Assembly: GCF_000734015.1 (NCBI RefSeq)
Contig: NZ_CP008796.1
Coordinates: 1,290,001-1,322,000 of the forward strand
From: Thermodesulfobacterium commune DSM 2178
Lineage (GTDB): Bacteria; Desulfobacterota; Thermodesulfobacteria; Thermodesulfobacteriales; Thermodesulfobacteriaceae
DNA length: 32,000 nucleotides
Reading direction: 5' to 3'
Under the pieces are notes generated by a model that worked only from the letters and a program-made list of their open reading frames with translations, did not search any database and was not told the origin of the DNA. Below, piece by piece: positions 19,575 through 27,389 of this stretch. How positions within the stretch are numbered: the first letter of the stretch is position 1; every line of letters starts with the position of its first letter. Made by a program: the position numbers and the translations under genes.

Positions 19575-19948
19575 ATGACGAAAGAAAAAAAAACTAAAAA
19601 TGATAAAAAAGAGATTTATAAAGCTAAATTACTTGCTATTTTAGCAAAACATGTGGGGAAAAGTAAATCAATTGGTATGGGGGCATTATATGAGCAAGTT
19701 TTTGGGAATACTTGCAAAGATAAAGTTAATCAAGCACGAATTATAAGAGCTCTTGTAACTGAATTGAGAAAGGAAGGGATTCCAATTTGCTCTGACCAGG
19801 ATAAAGAAGGTGGAGGATATTATTTAGCTGCTGCTGGTAAAGAGCTGGAGGAATATTGTATGAAATTAAGAAAGCGTGCATTAAAGATTTTGCATATGGA
19901 AGCAATACTCAGAAATAAAACTCTACCAGAACTTCTTGGGCAACTTGT
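19575..19948 (+). pseudogene. early-region gene whose last 21 codons are displaced by the IS insertion
   Basis: The ORF reads ...PELLGQL at 19926-19946. Removing 19949-21295 (the IS plus one target-duplication copy) restores ...GQLVLSMGRKSIKENEIGGVNNAN* ending at 21359, overlapping the Gam ATG by 11 nt as is typical of phage operons. The track ORF end at 20027 is IS-derived sequence. Confidence 0.7.
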
Positions 19949-21287
19949 GACACTTGTCAAGAGAATTGTGTCTCCTTATAAAATCTCTTTACAAACATTT
20001 GCCTCAATTCGTATAAAGCAGACTTAATTAAAGGAAGTGGTTTTTGCCATCTCGTTTTCTGAATCCGACTTACTGTTATGTATATCGCAACCTCTGCTGT
20101 CTTGATTGATTGAAAATATCCCCCTGTATTTACCCTTATCAGCTCTATCCTGCTATTTATATTCTCAACCACATTCGTCGTGTATATATACCTCCTCACC
20201 CCCTCAGGATATTTCTTATAAACAAAATAATGCTCCTTCTTTTTCAAAAGTCCCTTTATATAAGCTGGATACTTCTTCTCATAACTCTTACATAATTCCT
20301 CAAATCTAATTAAGGCCCTCTCATACTCCTCTATCCTCTTTATAATGCTTAACTCCTCATAAAATTTTTTAGCATCCTGCTTAGACATGTTCCTGTTGAT
20401 GTTCCTTTGCATGTGTACAAAACAAAGCTGATGATCTGTCTCAGGAAAAAGGGCTTTTATGGCTTGAGCAAGGCCAGGAAAATCATCACTCACTATTACC
20501 ATAACCCTCTTAACTCCCCTCTTTATCAAATCATTAAGTATCTGGAGCCAGTCCTCCTTCGTCTCTGAACCAAAATAAATGTAATAAGAAAGTAAATTTT
20601 TTCTTCCCTCCATATCTATTCCGATGATATTATAAATAACTGCTTTTCTGATTCTGTTGGCTTCGGTATCTTTTATCTGAGTATGATAAGCGTCTATAAA
20701 CATAGCAAACAAATTTTCTGGCAATTCTTTGGTTTTTAATTCTTTGGCTTGGTTATACAATTCTTCTTTAATTTCTTCTATTTGTTCTGGAGAGTAGGGA
20801 AGTTTCATAGATTGCAAGAGGGCTTTGATTTTATTGGGGGAGTAGCTTTGGAGAACGAGGTTAAGGATAAAGTCCTGGAAAGATTCATCAGCTTTTTGCC
20901 ATTCAGGAGGAAGAATAGCAGGTCTGAATTCAGATTTTCTATCTCTTGGGACAGAGATACCAAGGTTACCTAAGAAACAGGCAAGTTGTCTTTCATAGTA
21001 ACCATTAGCTTTATTATCAATACTATCTCTAAGGAATATTTCTCTTTCTTTTTTCATGAGAGCGTTTAAGAGGAGTGCAGCAGCCATTTTGATACCCTCT
21101 TTTGATTCAATTTTTGAGATTTCACTTAAAACTTTTTCTAAATCTAAGTCTAAGTTTTTCATTTTACAGACCTCCTGGTTAGTTTAGTCTTTTAGGTTTT
21201 ATGTTATCATTAATTTAAAAAATATTAAAAATTTTTATTATGCCTCTAAAATATTTTATTAAAAGACACAATTTATATTCTACTCCC
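19949..21287 (-). mobile_element. IS256-family insertion sequence (~1.34 kb)
   Basis: 8-bp direct repeat CAACTTGT at 19941-19948 and 21288-21295. Sub-terminal inverted repeats AATTGTGTCTYYTWATAAAAT at 19964-19984 and 21273-21253. A single transposase ORF fills the element. Confidence 0.8.
19957..21162 (-). CDS. IS256-family (mutator-type) transposase
   Basis: 401 aa with IVSDDFPGLAQAIKALFPETDHQLCFVHMQRNINRN, the signature region of Transposase_mut/IS256. Confidence 0.9.
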   Translation of the reverse strand: MKNLDLDLEKVLSEISKIESKEGIKMAAALLLNALMKKEREIFLRDSIDNKANGYYERQLACFLGNLGISVPRDRKSEFRPAILPPEWQKADESFQDFILNLVLQSYSPNKIKALLQSMKLPYSPEQIEEIKEELYNQAKELKTKELPENLFAMFIDAYHTQIKDTEANRIRKAVIYNIIGIDMEGRKNLLSYYIYFGSETKEDWLQILNDLIKRGVKRVMVIVSDDFPGLAQAIKALFPETDHQLCFVHMQRNINRNMSKQDAKKFYEELSIIKRIEEYERALIRFEELCKSYEKKYPAYIKGLLKKKEHYFVYKKYPEGVRRYIYTTNVVENINSRIELIRVNTGGYFQSIKTAEVAIYITVSRIQKTRWQKPLPLIKSALYELRQMFVKRFYKETQFS

Positions 21288-21348
21288 CAACTTGTATTAA
21301 GTATGGGAAGAAAATCTATAAAAGAAAATGAAATAGGAGGGGTCAACA

Positions 21349-21840
21349 ATGCGAACTAAAAAAGCTAAAAAAATGATGGATCATTTGATTTATAAAATTG
21401 AAAGTTTGCTTTATGCAATTAAGGAAGAAAGGGACTTTTTAAGCAAAGTTGAAGCAGAATATGAAAGAGAATTAGAAGCTCTTAAAGCAAAGTATTATCC
21501 AGAAATTGAGAAACGGAAAAATACTTTGAAAAATTTAGAACAGGAGCTTGAAAAATTTGCTAAGGCTAATGCAGGAAAGTTATTTCAAGATGGAGATATT
21601 GTTGAGACAAGTATAGGAAGGATCATAAGAGAAATAAAAGTTGCAGTAAAGAGAGCAAGAGGGGTTCTTGAGAAACTTGAACAACTTGGTTGGGATGAAG
21701 CGATTATCATCCAAAAGAAAGTTAACTGGGATGTATTGGAAACATGGCCTGAAGAAAAGTTAATAGCTTGCGGAACAGAAAGAGTAACAAAAGTAAAAAT
21801 TACATACGAATTGTATGGGGAGGAGGATGGCAATAGATAG
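21349..21840 (+). CDS. gam: Mu Gam-like host-nuclease inhibitor
   Basis: 163 aa with a coiled-coil N-terminal half, then SIGRIIREIKVAVKRARGVLEKLEQLGWDEAIIIQKKVNWDVL. Size, position after the A/B genes and pattern fit the Gam family. Confidence 0.7.
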   Translation: MRTKKAKKMMDHLIYKIESLLYAIKEERDFLSKVEAEYERELEALKAKYYPEIEKRKNTLKNLEQELEKFAKANAGKLFQDGDIVETSIGRIIREIKVAVKRARGVLEKLEQLGWDEAIIIQKKVNWDVLETWPEEKLIACGTERVTKVKITYELYGEEDGNR

Positions 21841-22246
21841 GAAAAGGCTTTTAAGAAGGCTTTGGGCAATAGCAGATAGGCTTTTTGGTAAAGAAAAAGA
21901 AGAAAAAGTATATAGTTATGTTTCTTTTGTTTATGAGAAAGAAAGATTGCGAGAATTAACAGATGAAGAGCTTGAAGAAATGGTTAAAGCTTTTGTAGAA
22001 ATGCTTTCAGAAAATGAATGCCCTTCTGCACCTAATGAATGGAGACTTATTAAAGTTTTGCAAAAAAAACTTGATTGGACAAATGAGCATTTATTGAATT
22101 ACATTAAAAAATATGCTCGTGTTGATCATCCGAGATTTTTGACTCAATATGAAGCAAAGATTGTAATTGCTGCTATGATGACTATATTAAATGGAAGAAA
22201 GAAGAGAAGAAAAAATAGAAGTGTGAGAAATGAAAAAGTTGTATAA
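21815..22246 (+). CDS. GemA / Mu gp16-like (DUF1018) protein
   Basis: RKRLLRRLWAIADRLFGKEKEE...LRELTDEELEEMVKAF fits my recollection of the gp16/GemA family. An alternative start is ATG 21827. Confidence 0.6.
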   Translation: MGRRMAIDRKRLLRRLWAIADRLFGKEKEEKVYSYVSFVYEKERLRELTDEELEEMVKAFVEMLSENECPSAPNEWRLIKVLQKKLDWTNEHLLNYIKKYARVDHPRFLTQYEAKIVIAAMMTILNGRKKRRKNRSVRNEKVV

Positions 22247-22457
22247 GGTTCGAGAAATAGCGGAATATTTTCAGGTAAGTGAACGAACAGTGTATGGCTG
22301 GATAGAGATGGGTTATTTGCGGGCGATCAAGGTTGGGTCGCTTGATGGGAAAGGGACGGTTAGAGTTCCAGAGGATGCTTTAGAAGAATTTATTAGAAAT
22401 TGTCAAACTATTCCTATTCGTCCAAAAAGGATAGTTCTTAAGGTTCCTCAGGAATAG
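22230..22457 (+). CDS. excisionase-family (HTH_17/MerR-like) DNA-binding protein; candidate middle/late regulator
   Basis: LYKVREIAEYFQVSERTVYGWIEMGYLRAIKVG. It is the last early gene before the first conserved late-promoter box. Confidence 0.6.
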   Translation: MKKLYKVREIAEYFQVSERTVYGWIEMGYLRAIKVGSLDGKGTVRVPEDALEEFIRNCQTIPIRPKRIVLKVPQE

Positions 22458-22482
22458 CATTCTTTATAATCTTTATAATCAG

Positions 22483-22528
22483 GAAAATATTGCTTGTTTC
22501 TTTTTTACAAATTGCATAAATTTGCAAT
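22483..22528 (+). promoter_or_regulatory. conserved box 1 (putative late promoter)
   Basis: GAAAATATTGCTTGT (22483-22497) is repeated exactly at 24985-24999 and 31959-31973. The 46 nt are ~80% identical to 31959-32000. TTGCTT, 19 nt, CATAAA would place the TSS at the ATG of the gpU-like gene (no SD). A tandem CTTTATAAT x2 lies at 22462-22479. Confidence 0.5.
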
Positions 22529-23050
22529 ATGCAGTATGCCCAAATTGGAGATGTAGTTTTTGAAGTCCTTGCATATAAAGAGCATAAAGAGGAATTAGAG
22601 TTTCCTTATGCAAGACATGAGACAATCAAGCCACCTTCAAGTTTACAATTTATGGGTGGAAAGGAGCTTAGAAAAATTAGTTTATCTGTGCGTTGGCATA
22701 GAGAATGGTGTAATCCTGAGGAAGAAAAGAAAAAGCTTGAAGAGTTTGCAGTAAAAGGAGAATATGCCAAATTTATTTTGGCGGAAAAGGTGATCGGAGA
22801 TTTCGTTATTGAAAAAGTTTTTTTTCAGATTCAGCAAATAGATGCTTTTGGAAAGCCAGTAATTATTGATGCAGATTTAGAATTGACAGAATATATTAAA
22901 AAAGAAATGAAAAAGAAGAAGATAGTATCTAAAAAAGCTCCGATGAAAAAAACTAAAAGCACAGCAAGTAGTCAGCCAAAATATCAAGTTATACAAGAGC
23001 AAAGCAAAGATAAATCAATTTCTATGCCGAAAATAGTTAAGGTATCATGA
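22529..23050 (+). CDS. P2 gpU-like tail protein
   Basis: IGDVVFEVL...YARHETIKPPSSLQFMGGKELRKISLSVRW...GDFVIEKV follows the Phage_P2_GpU pattern. It has a Lys-rich C-terminal tail. Confidence 0.7.
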   Translation: MQYAQIGDVVFEVLAYKEHKEELEFPYARHETIKPPSSLQFMGGKELRKISLSVRWHREWCNPEEEKKKLEEFAVKGEYAKFILAEKVIGDFVIEKVFFQIQQIDAFGKPVIIDADLELTEYIKKEMKKKKIVSKKAPMKKTKSTASSQPKYQVIQEQSKDKSISMPKIVKVS

Positions 23051-23253
23051 AATATATAACTAAGGAAGGTGATAGATGGGATTTGCTTGCCTGGAAGTTT
23101 TATGGGGATCCTTACCTTTATGAGCCTCTTCTTTTAGAGAATAAAGAGTTGATGGGGTTTACTGTGCTTCCTGCTGGAAAGGTGATTGAAATTCCAGAGG
23201 TTATAGATGAAACAACTCCTGAGGTAGTTGCTCCGCCGTGGCAGACAGATTAA
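23047..23253 (+). CDS. P2 gpX-like tail protein X (LysM-like)
   Basis: MKYITKEGDRWDLLAWKFYGDP...VLPAGKVIEIPEV parallels P2 X (MKTFALQGDTLDAICVRYYG...VLPHGTAVELPDV). Confidence 0.8.
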   Translation: MKYITKEGDRWDLLAWKFYGDPYLYEPLLLENKELMGFTVLPAGKVIEIPEVIDETTPEVVAPPWQTD

Positions 23254-24257
23254 TTCCAGAGCCTTATTTGTATGTAGAAATTAATAACAGGGATGTTTCG
23301 GCGTATATTACCCCTTTCTTACTTAGTTTTCGGTATATTGATAATGATGGACTTGATAAGAATGAGAGTGATGATGTAGAAATTGAAGTTGAAGATTCTC
23401 AAAGTTTTTTCAGAGATAATCCTCCTGCAAGAGGGAGTTCTTTAAAGGTCCGCTTTGGGTATGTAGATAAAATCAGAGATGCTGGAGTTTTCTTTATAGA
23501 TAGTTATAGTTTTAGGTATAGTAGGTCTGGAGCTGTTTTTACGATAAAAGCTTTAGCAAAAGATGTTAAAGCAAGCTTCAGGACACTAAAAACTACCGCT
23601 TTTGAAAATACAACATTCAAAAAAATAGCAGAAGATATAGCTAAGCGTAATGGATACAAACTATACTTTGAAGGTGCTGATATTTATTTTAAAAGGATAG
23701 ATCAATATAAAGAGCGAGATTTAGCTTTTTTGCAAAAGCTTTGTCAAAGATATGGCTATGTATGTAAGATTTCGGCAAGAAAAATTGTTATTCGGGATAT
23801 GGATAAAGTGTTAGGTGGTTCAGTTTTATATGTACTTACCCCTGAAGTTGTGATTGATTTAGATATTGAAGTATCAAGTCTTTATGCAGGGGATATAGAT
23901 GTTGCTTATTTAGATTTGAATAAAAAAGAGGCTACAGTGGATAAGAAAAAAACTGAGGTTAAAGCAAGCCAAAATATTCAGGTTGAGAGGGTAAGGGTTG
24001 AGAACAAAAAGCAGGCTGAAAGGATAGCTCATGCTCAGAAAACTCAAAATGAAATGAAAGAATTTAAAGGGAGGGTGCGTTGTATCGGGATTCCTGATAT
24101 TTATGCAAGCGGGAAGATTGGTCTTTCTGGTTTTGGAAAGTTTGACAGAGAATATTATGTTTCAAGGGTTGAGCATGAAATCACAAGAAATGGATACATT
24201 ACTCAGATTGAGTTTTATAAATCTCCACAACAAACTGGAGGTAAGAAAAAGAAATGA
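23238..24257 (+). CDS. P2 gpD / Mu gp44-like late control D (baseplate hub) protein
   Basis: 339 aa. Position after U/X and before V. Pattern ...LSFRYIDNDGLDKNESDDVEIEVED...RVEHEITRNGYITQIEF. Confidence 0.75.
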   Translation: MADRLIPEPYLYVEINNRDVSAYITPFLLSFRYIDNDGLDKNESDDVEIEVEDSQSFFRDNPPARGSSLKVRFGYVDKIRDAGVFFIDSYSFRYSRSGAVFTIKALAKDVKASFRTLKTTAFENTTFKKIAEDIAKRNGYKLYFEGADIYFKRIDQYKERDLAFLQKLCQRYGYVCKISARKIVIRDMDKVLGGSVLYVLTPEVVIDLDIEVSSLYAGDIDVAYLDLNKKEATVDKKKTEVKASQNIQVERVRVENKKQAERIAHAQKTQNEMKEFKGRVRCIGIPDIYASGKIGLSGFGKFDREYYVSRVEHEITRNGYITQIEFYKSPQQTGGKKKK

Positions 24258-24661
24258 TACGTCGGGGTATAGTTGTTGCAGTAGATGAGAAAACAGGAAA
24301 AGTAAGGGTTCAATTTCCTGATCTTGATGGGCTTGTATCTAATTGGTTGCCAGTTGTTTTTCAAAAGACTTGTAAAGATAAACATTATTGGATGCCTGAT
24401 GTCGGAGAATATGTTGTAGTTGCTTTTGATGAGGAAGGAGAAAAAAGCGATGGATATGTTCTTGGTGCTTTTTACAATGAGAAGGATACTGTGCCTGAAG
24501 TAGCCAATAAAGATAAATTCTTTGTGAGATTTGAAGATGGGACTGAGATTGAGTATGACAGGAAATCTCATAAGCTCAGAATTTCAGTTAGAGGAGATGT
24601 GCTTATTGAGGCTGATGGAAACATGACACTTAAAGCAAGTAGAATTGACCTAAACCCATAA
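24254..24661 (+). CDS. baseplate assembly protein V / Mu gp45-like central spike (OB-fold)
   Basis: IRRGIVVAVDEKTGKVRVQFPDLDGLVSNWLPVV....PDVGEYVVVAFDEEGEKSDGYVLGAFYN is the typical gpV/Vgr OB-fold start. Confidence 0.8.
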   Translation: MIRRGIVVAVDEKTGKVRVQFPDLDGLVSNWLPVVFQKTCKDKHYWMPDVGEYVVVAFDEEGEKSDGYVLGAFYNEKDTVPEVANKDKFFVRFEDGTEIEYDRKSHKLRISVRGDVLIEADGNMTLKASRIDLNP

Positions 24662-24674
24662 TGGAGGTGCAAAC

Positions 24675-24962
24675 ATGGGAGCTGTTGTTCGGCTTGGGGA
24701 CAATTCTTGTGGTCATGAATGCTTTCCACCTCGTCCAAACATAGAGGCGTCTCCTAATGTGTTTGTGAACGGCAAAGGTGCCCATAGACTTGGTGATGCT
24801 TGGGATGTGCATACCTGACCAGCTGGAAGGCATGACGGCGTGGCTTCAGGTGGAAGTCCAAATGTGTTTGTCAACGGAAAGCCAATTTGTCGAGTAGGAG
24901 ACCCTATTTCCTGCGGAGATACTATGTGTGAAGGTTCACCCAATGTTTTTGCTAATGGATAG
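24675..24962 (+). CDS. PAAR-repeat spike-tip protein interrupted by an in-frame TGA (Sec candidate or pseudogene)
   Basis: SD GGAGGTG 5 nt before ATG 24675. The 95 codons read ...RLGDNSCGHEC...SPNVFVNGKGAHRLGDAWDVHT[TGA 24816-24818]PAGRHDGVASGGSPNVFVNGKPICRVGDPISCGDTMCEGSPNVFANG*. It is absent from the ORF track because each half is under 60 aa. Confidence 0.75.
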
Positions 24963-24987
24963 TTTTTGAAAATGGATAGTTTTTGAA
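24954..24987 (+). repeat. perfect 17-bp tandem duplication AATGGATAGTTTTTGAA x2
   Basis: Copy 1 (24954-24970) contains the last PAAR codons and the stop. Copy 2 (24971-24987) runs into conserved box 2. Confidence 0.95.
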
Positions 24988-25020
24988 AATATTGCTTGTC
25001 TTTAGGTAATTCTTAGATAT
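24985..25020 (+). promoter_or_regulatory. conserved box 2 (putative late promoter)
   Basis: GAAAATATTGCTTGT, then 16-17 nt to TAGATAT. It lies upstream of the gp25-like to MuF block. Confidence 0.4.
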
Positions 25021-25032
25021 CTTCCATTTTAA

Positions 25033-25299
25033 ATGGAAAATTTAACCTCATCTTATGGAATAATTGGCATTATTTTTAATGGTGGTTATTTAGCAGTCGC
25101 TATTTTTCTTTTGTATTTGATTTATGAATTGAAAAAAAAACATGAAAAATTAGAAGAAAATCTTGATACACTTGAGAAAGAAAAAATTTCTAAAGATGAG
25201 TTTTACCGCAGTGTTTCAGGATGGAGAGAAGAAATAAATACATTACATAAAAAAATAGATGACTTAAAAGACCTTATTATAAAGGAGAAACTCAAATGA
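25033..25299 (+). CDS. Mu gp25-like membrane/coiled-coil protein (DUF2730-like)
   Basis: N-terminal TM (IIGIIFNGGYLAVAIFLLYLIY), then a coiled coil. Called from its position three genes upstream of the large terminase; no diagnostic motif was recognised. Confidence 0.5.
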   Translation: MENLTSSYGIIGIIFNGGYLAVAIFLLYLIYELKKKHEKLEENLDTLEKEKISKDEFYRSVSGWREEINTLHKKIDDLKDLIIKEKLK

Positions 25300-25592
25300 G
25301 GTTAGCTTCACTTTCATTGAGATATAAAATTTTAGACTTTCTATACAAAGTTTATCCTGAGGCTGTTGAAGAGCTTACTATTATTCATGTCTTTTACGAA
25401 TATCACACTGTAGATGATATTAAGAAACATCTAAATTATCTTGTTGATAAAGGCTATATAGAGCAAAAAGAGATTTGTCTTAGGCTTGGGACTAAAAAGA
25501 CTACTAATATTTATAAGATAACCTCTAAAGGAATTGACCTTATGCAAGGAATCATTCAGGATAAAGCAATACCAATCCCTGAGGATGAATAA
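25296..25592 (+). CDS. small winged-helix protein (Mu gp26 position)
   Basis: 98 aa, IKKHLNYLVDKGYIEQKE...YKITSKGIDL wHTH-like. Start overlaps the previous stop (ATGA). Confidence 0.5.
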   Translation: MRLASLSLRYKILDFLYKVYPEAVEELTIIHVFYEYHTVDDIKKHLNYLVDKGYIEQKEICLRLGTKKTTNIYKITSKGIDLMQGIIQDKAIPIPEDE

Positions 25593-25594
25593 GG

Positions 25595-26086
25595 ATGCGT
25601 AGGTCAAAAGCAAAGCTTTATGATTTGGTAGAGAGGATCATTTATCTTTACGAAAATGAGAAAATGACCATAAGAGATATTGAGGCTTTACTGCGTTCTG
25701 AAGGTTATGACATTTCTAAATCAAGCATTCATAGAACAATAAAAAGCTATACTGAGCTTGCAGAAGAATATAAAAGAACAGCAGAAGAAACTAAAGCTCT
25801 TATTGAAGCTTTAAGAGAACAACCAGCAAGCTATCAGATGGAAGCTATTTTAACCATGCTTGTTTCTAAAGTTTTTAATTTTGTAAGGAGCATTGAAGAG
25901 CTTGAGTTTGAAGATCCTCATGAACTTGTTTTAGCTTTGAATAGACTTGCTTCTTCGGTAGAAAAAATGCAGAGATATAGAGAAGAATTAGAAGCAAAGA
26001 TGGCCAAAGTTGAGTTAGAAGCAAAGAAGAGAAATATAGATAAAGAGTTTATTGAATATGTCCGCAAGGAAATATTTGGGGCGTAA
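25595..26086 (+). CDS. terminase small subunit, Mu gp27-like (DUF3486-like)
   Basis: N-terminal HTH (MTIRDIEALLRSEGYDISKSSIHRTIKSY) plus a coiled-coil C-terminus. It lies immediately upstream of and overlaps the large terminase. Confidence 0.6.
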   Translation: MRRSKAKLYDLVERIIYLYENEKMTIRDIEALLRSEGYDISKSSIHRTIKSYTELAEEYKRTAEETKALIEALREQPASYQMEAILTMLVSKVFNFVRSIEELEFEDPHELVLALNRLASSVEKMQRYREELEAKMAKVELEAKKRNIDKEFIEYVRKEIFGA

Positions 26087-27389
26087 ACCTTTACTTTTGT
26101 CTTATCAGCAGAGGATGCTTAAGGCTATTTCTGAACACAAGTATTCAATTTTTATGTATGCAAGACAAACTGGGAAAAGCTTTGCTGTTGCGTTATGGGC
26201 AGTTCTTCGTGCTTTAGAAAAATCTAATCATCTTGTTGCAATTATTTCTCCAACTGAGCGTCAAAGTAAAGAGCTTATGGAAAAGGTTAAAAGACATGTT
26301 GAATTTTTAAAAGTTGTAGGTGCTGAATATGGAGAGAAATTTTTTGAAGATGCTAAGATTTCTGTTCTTGAAGTGAAATTTCCAAATGGAAGTAGAATTG
26401 TTGGGCTTCCAGCAAATCCTGATGGTGTAAGAGGGCTCACTGGAGATGTAGTATTAGAAGAGGCAGCTTTCTTTCAGGATGGTTTTAAGGTCTATCAAGC
26501 AATCTTCCCAAGCATTACAAGAAGCAAGGACTATAAGCTTGTTGTAATATCAACCCCTAAGGGGAAACTTAATCTTTTTTATCATCTTTGGACTTCATCT
26601 GAAAATAATGACTTATGGTATCGGGAAAAGTTAACTATCTATGATGCTGTAGCTGAAGGACTTGATGTAGATGTGGAAGTTTTAAAGAAAGGTATTCCTT
26701 CAGATGAAATGTGGCGATCTGAATATCTTTGCGAATTCGTTGATGAGGCTGAAGCTTTTATACCATATGAATTGATACAATTTTGTGAGGCTGAAGATGT
26801 AAGAGAAAAAGATATAAGAAAACTGCAAGGAGAAATTTTTATTGGGGTTGACATAGGAAGAAGGCATGACTACACAGCTATTGCTATTGTGGAGAAGCTT
26901 GGTGATGTTCTTTATCTTAGGAATATGGAAATCTTAAAACAGGTCCCTTTTTCAGAGCAGTTTGCAATTTTAAGACATTTAGCAGGATACGCTCGCAAGA
27001 TGGCAATTGATGAAACTGGAATTGGTATGCAACTTGCTGAAGAGCTAACAAGGCTTTATGGGGAGCTAAAAATTATACCAGTATATTTCACAGCGAAAGC
27101 AAAAGAAGAAATGGCAACAAGACTGAAAACAAAATTCCAGGATAGACTTATAAGAATTTATCCTGACCCAGATTTAAGAGAAGACCTACATTCTGTTAGA
27201 AAAGTAGTGACTGAGGCAGGCAATATCAGACTTGAGAGCGTATCTGATGATGGACATGCAGATAGGTTTTGGGCTTTAGCTTTAGCGGTTCATGCAAGTT
27301 CTGGAGAGGAAAGAAAAATTTTTGTCCCACCGTGTTTTGTTTCACCAAGAAGAGAGGGGTTAACTTATGGGCTTAATCAGCTGGTTTAA
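26052..27389 (+). CDS. terminase large subunit (Mu gp28-like)
   Basis: Walker A-like ARQTGKS. Walker B-like GDVVLEEAAF. RNase H-like nuclease half (IGVDIGRRHDYTAIAIVE ... DDGHADRFWALALAV). An alternative ATG start is at 26058. Confidence 0.85.
   Translation: MNMSARKYLGRKPLLLSYQQRMLKAISEHKYSIFMYARQTGKSFAVALWAVLRALEKSNHLVAIISPTERQSKELMEKVKRHVEFLKVVGAEYGEKFFEDAKISVLEVKFPNGSRIVGLPANPDGVRGLTGDVVLEEAAFFQDGFKVYQAIFPSITRSKDYKLVVISTPKGKLNLFYHLWTSSENNDLWYREKLTIYDAVAEGLDVDVEVLKKGIPSDEMWRSEYLCEFVDEAEAFIPYELIQFCEAEDVREKDIRKLQGEIFIGVDIGRRHDYTAIAIVEKLGDVLYLRNMEILKQVPFSEQFAILRHLAGYARKMAIDETGIGMQLAEELTRLYGELKIIPVYFTAKAKEEMATRLKTKFQDRLIRIYPDPDLREDLHSVRKVVTEAGNIRLESVSDDGHADRFWALALAVHASSGEERKIFVPPCFVSPRREGLTYGLNQLV

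Noticed and set aside
19949-19960. Outward-facing TTGACA at the left IS terminus forming a hybrid promoter with flanking DNA
   Set aside because: The hexamer exists (minus strand 19960-19955, 6 nt from the IS end). However, the flanking sequence 16-18 nt downstream (rc AAGAAG / CAAGAA) has no -10-like element.
24816-24818. The in-frame TGA explained by an alternative genetic code (TGA = Trp or Gly)
   Set aside because: TGA terminates other well-supported genes in the same element (gpU-like at 23048-23050, endolysin at 29481-29483), each with the next gene starting immediately after.
24630-24943. Minus-strand ORFs 24630-24833 and 24713-24943
   Set aside because: They are antisense shadows of the PAAR gene. 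The plus frame has a strong SD, gene-to-gene spacing that fits the operon, and recognisable PAAR repeats. The minus products are low-complexity.
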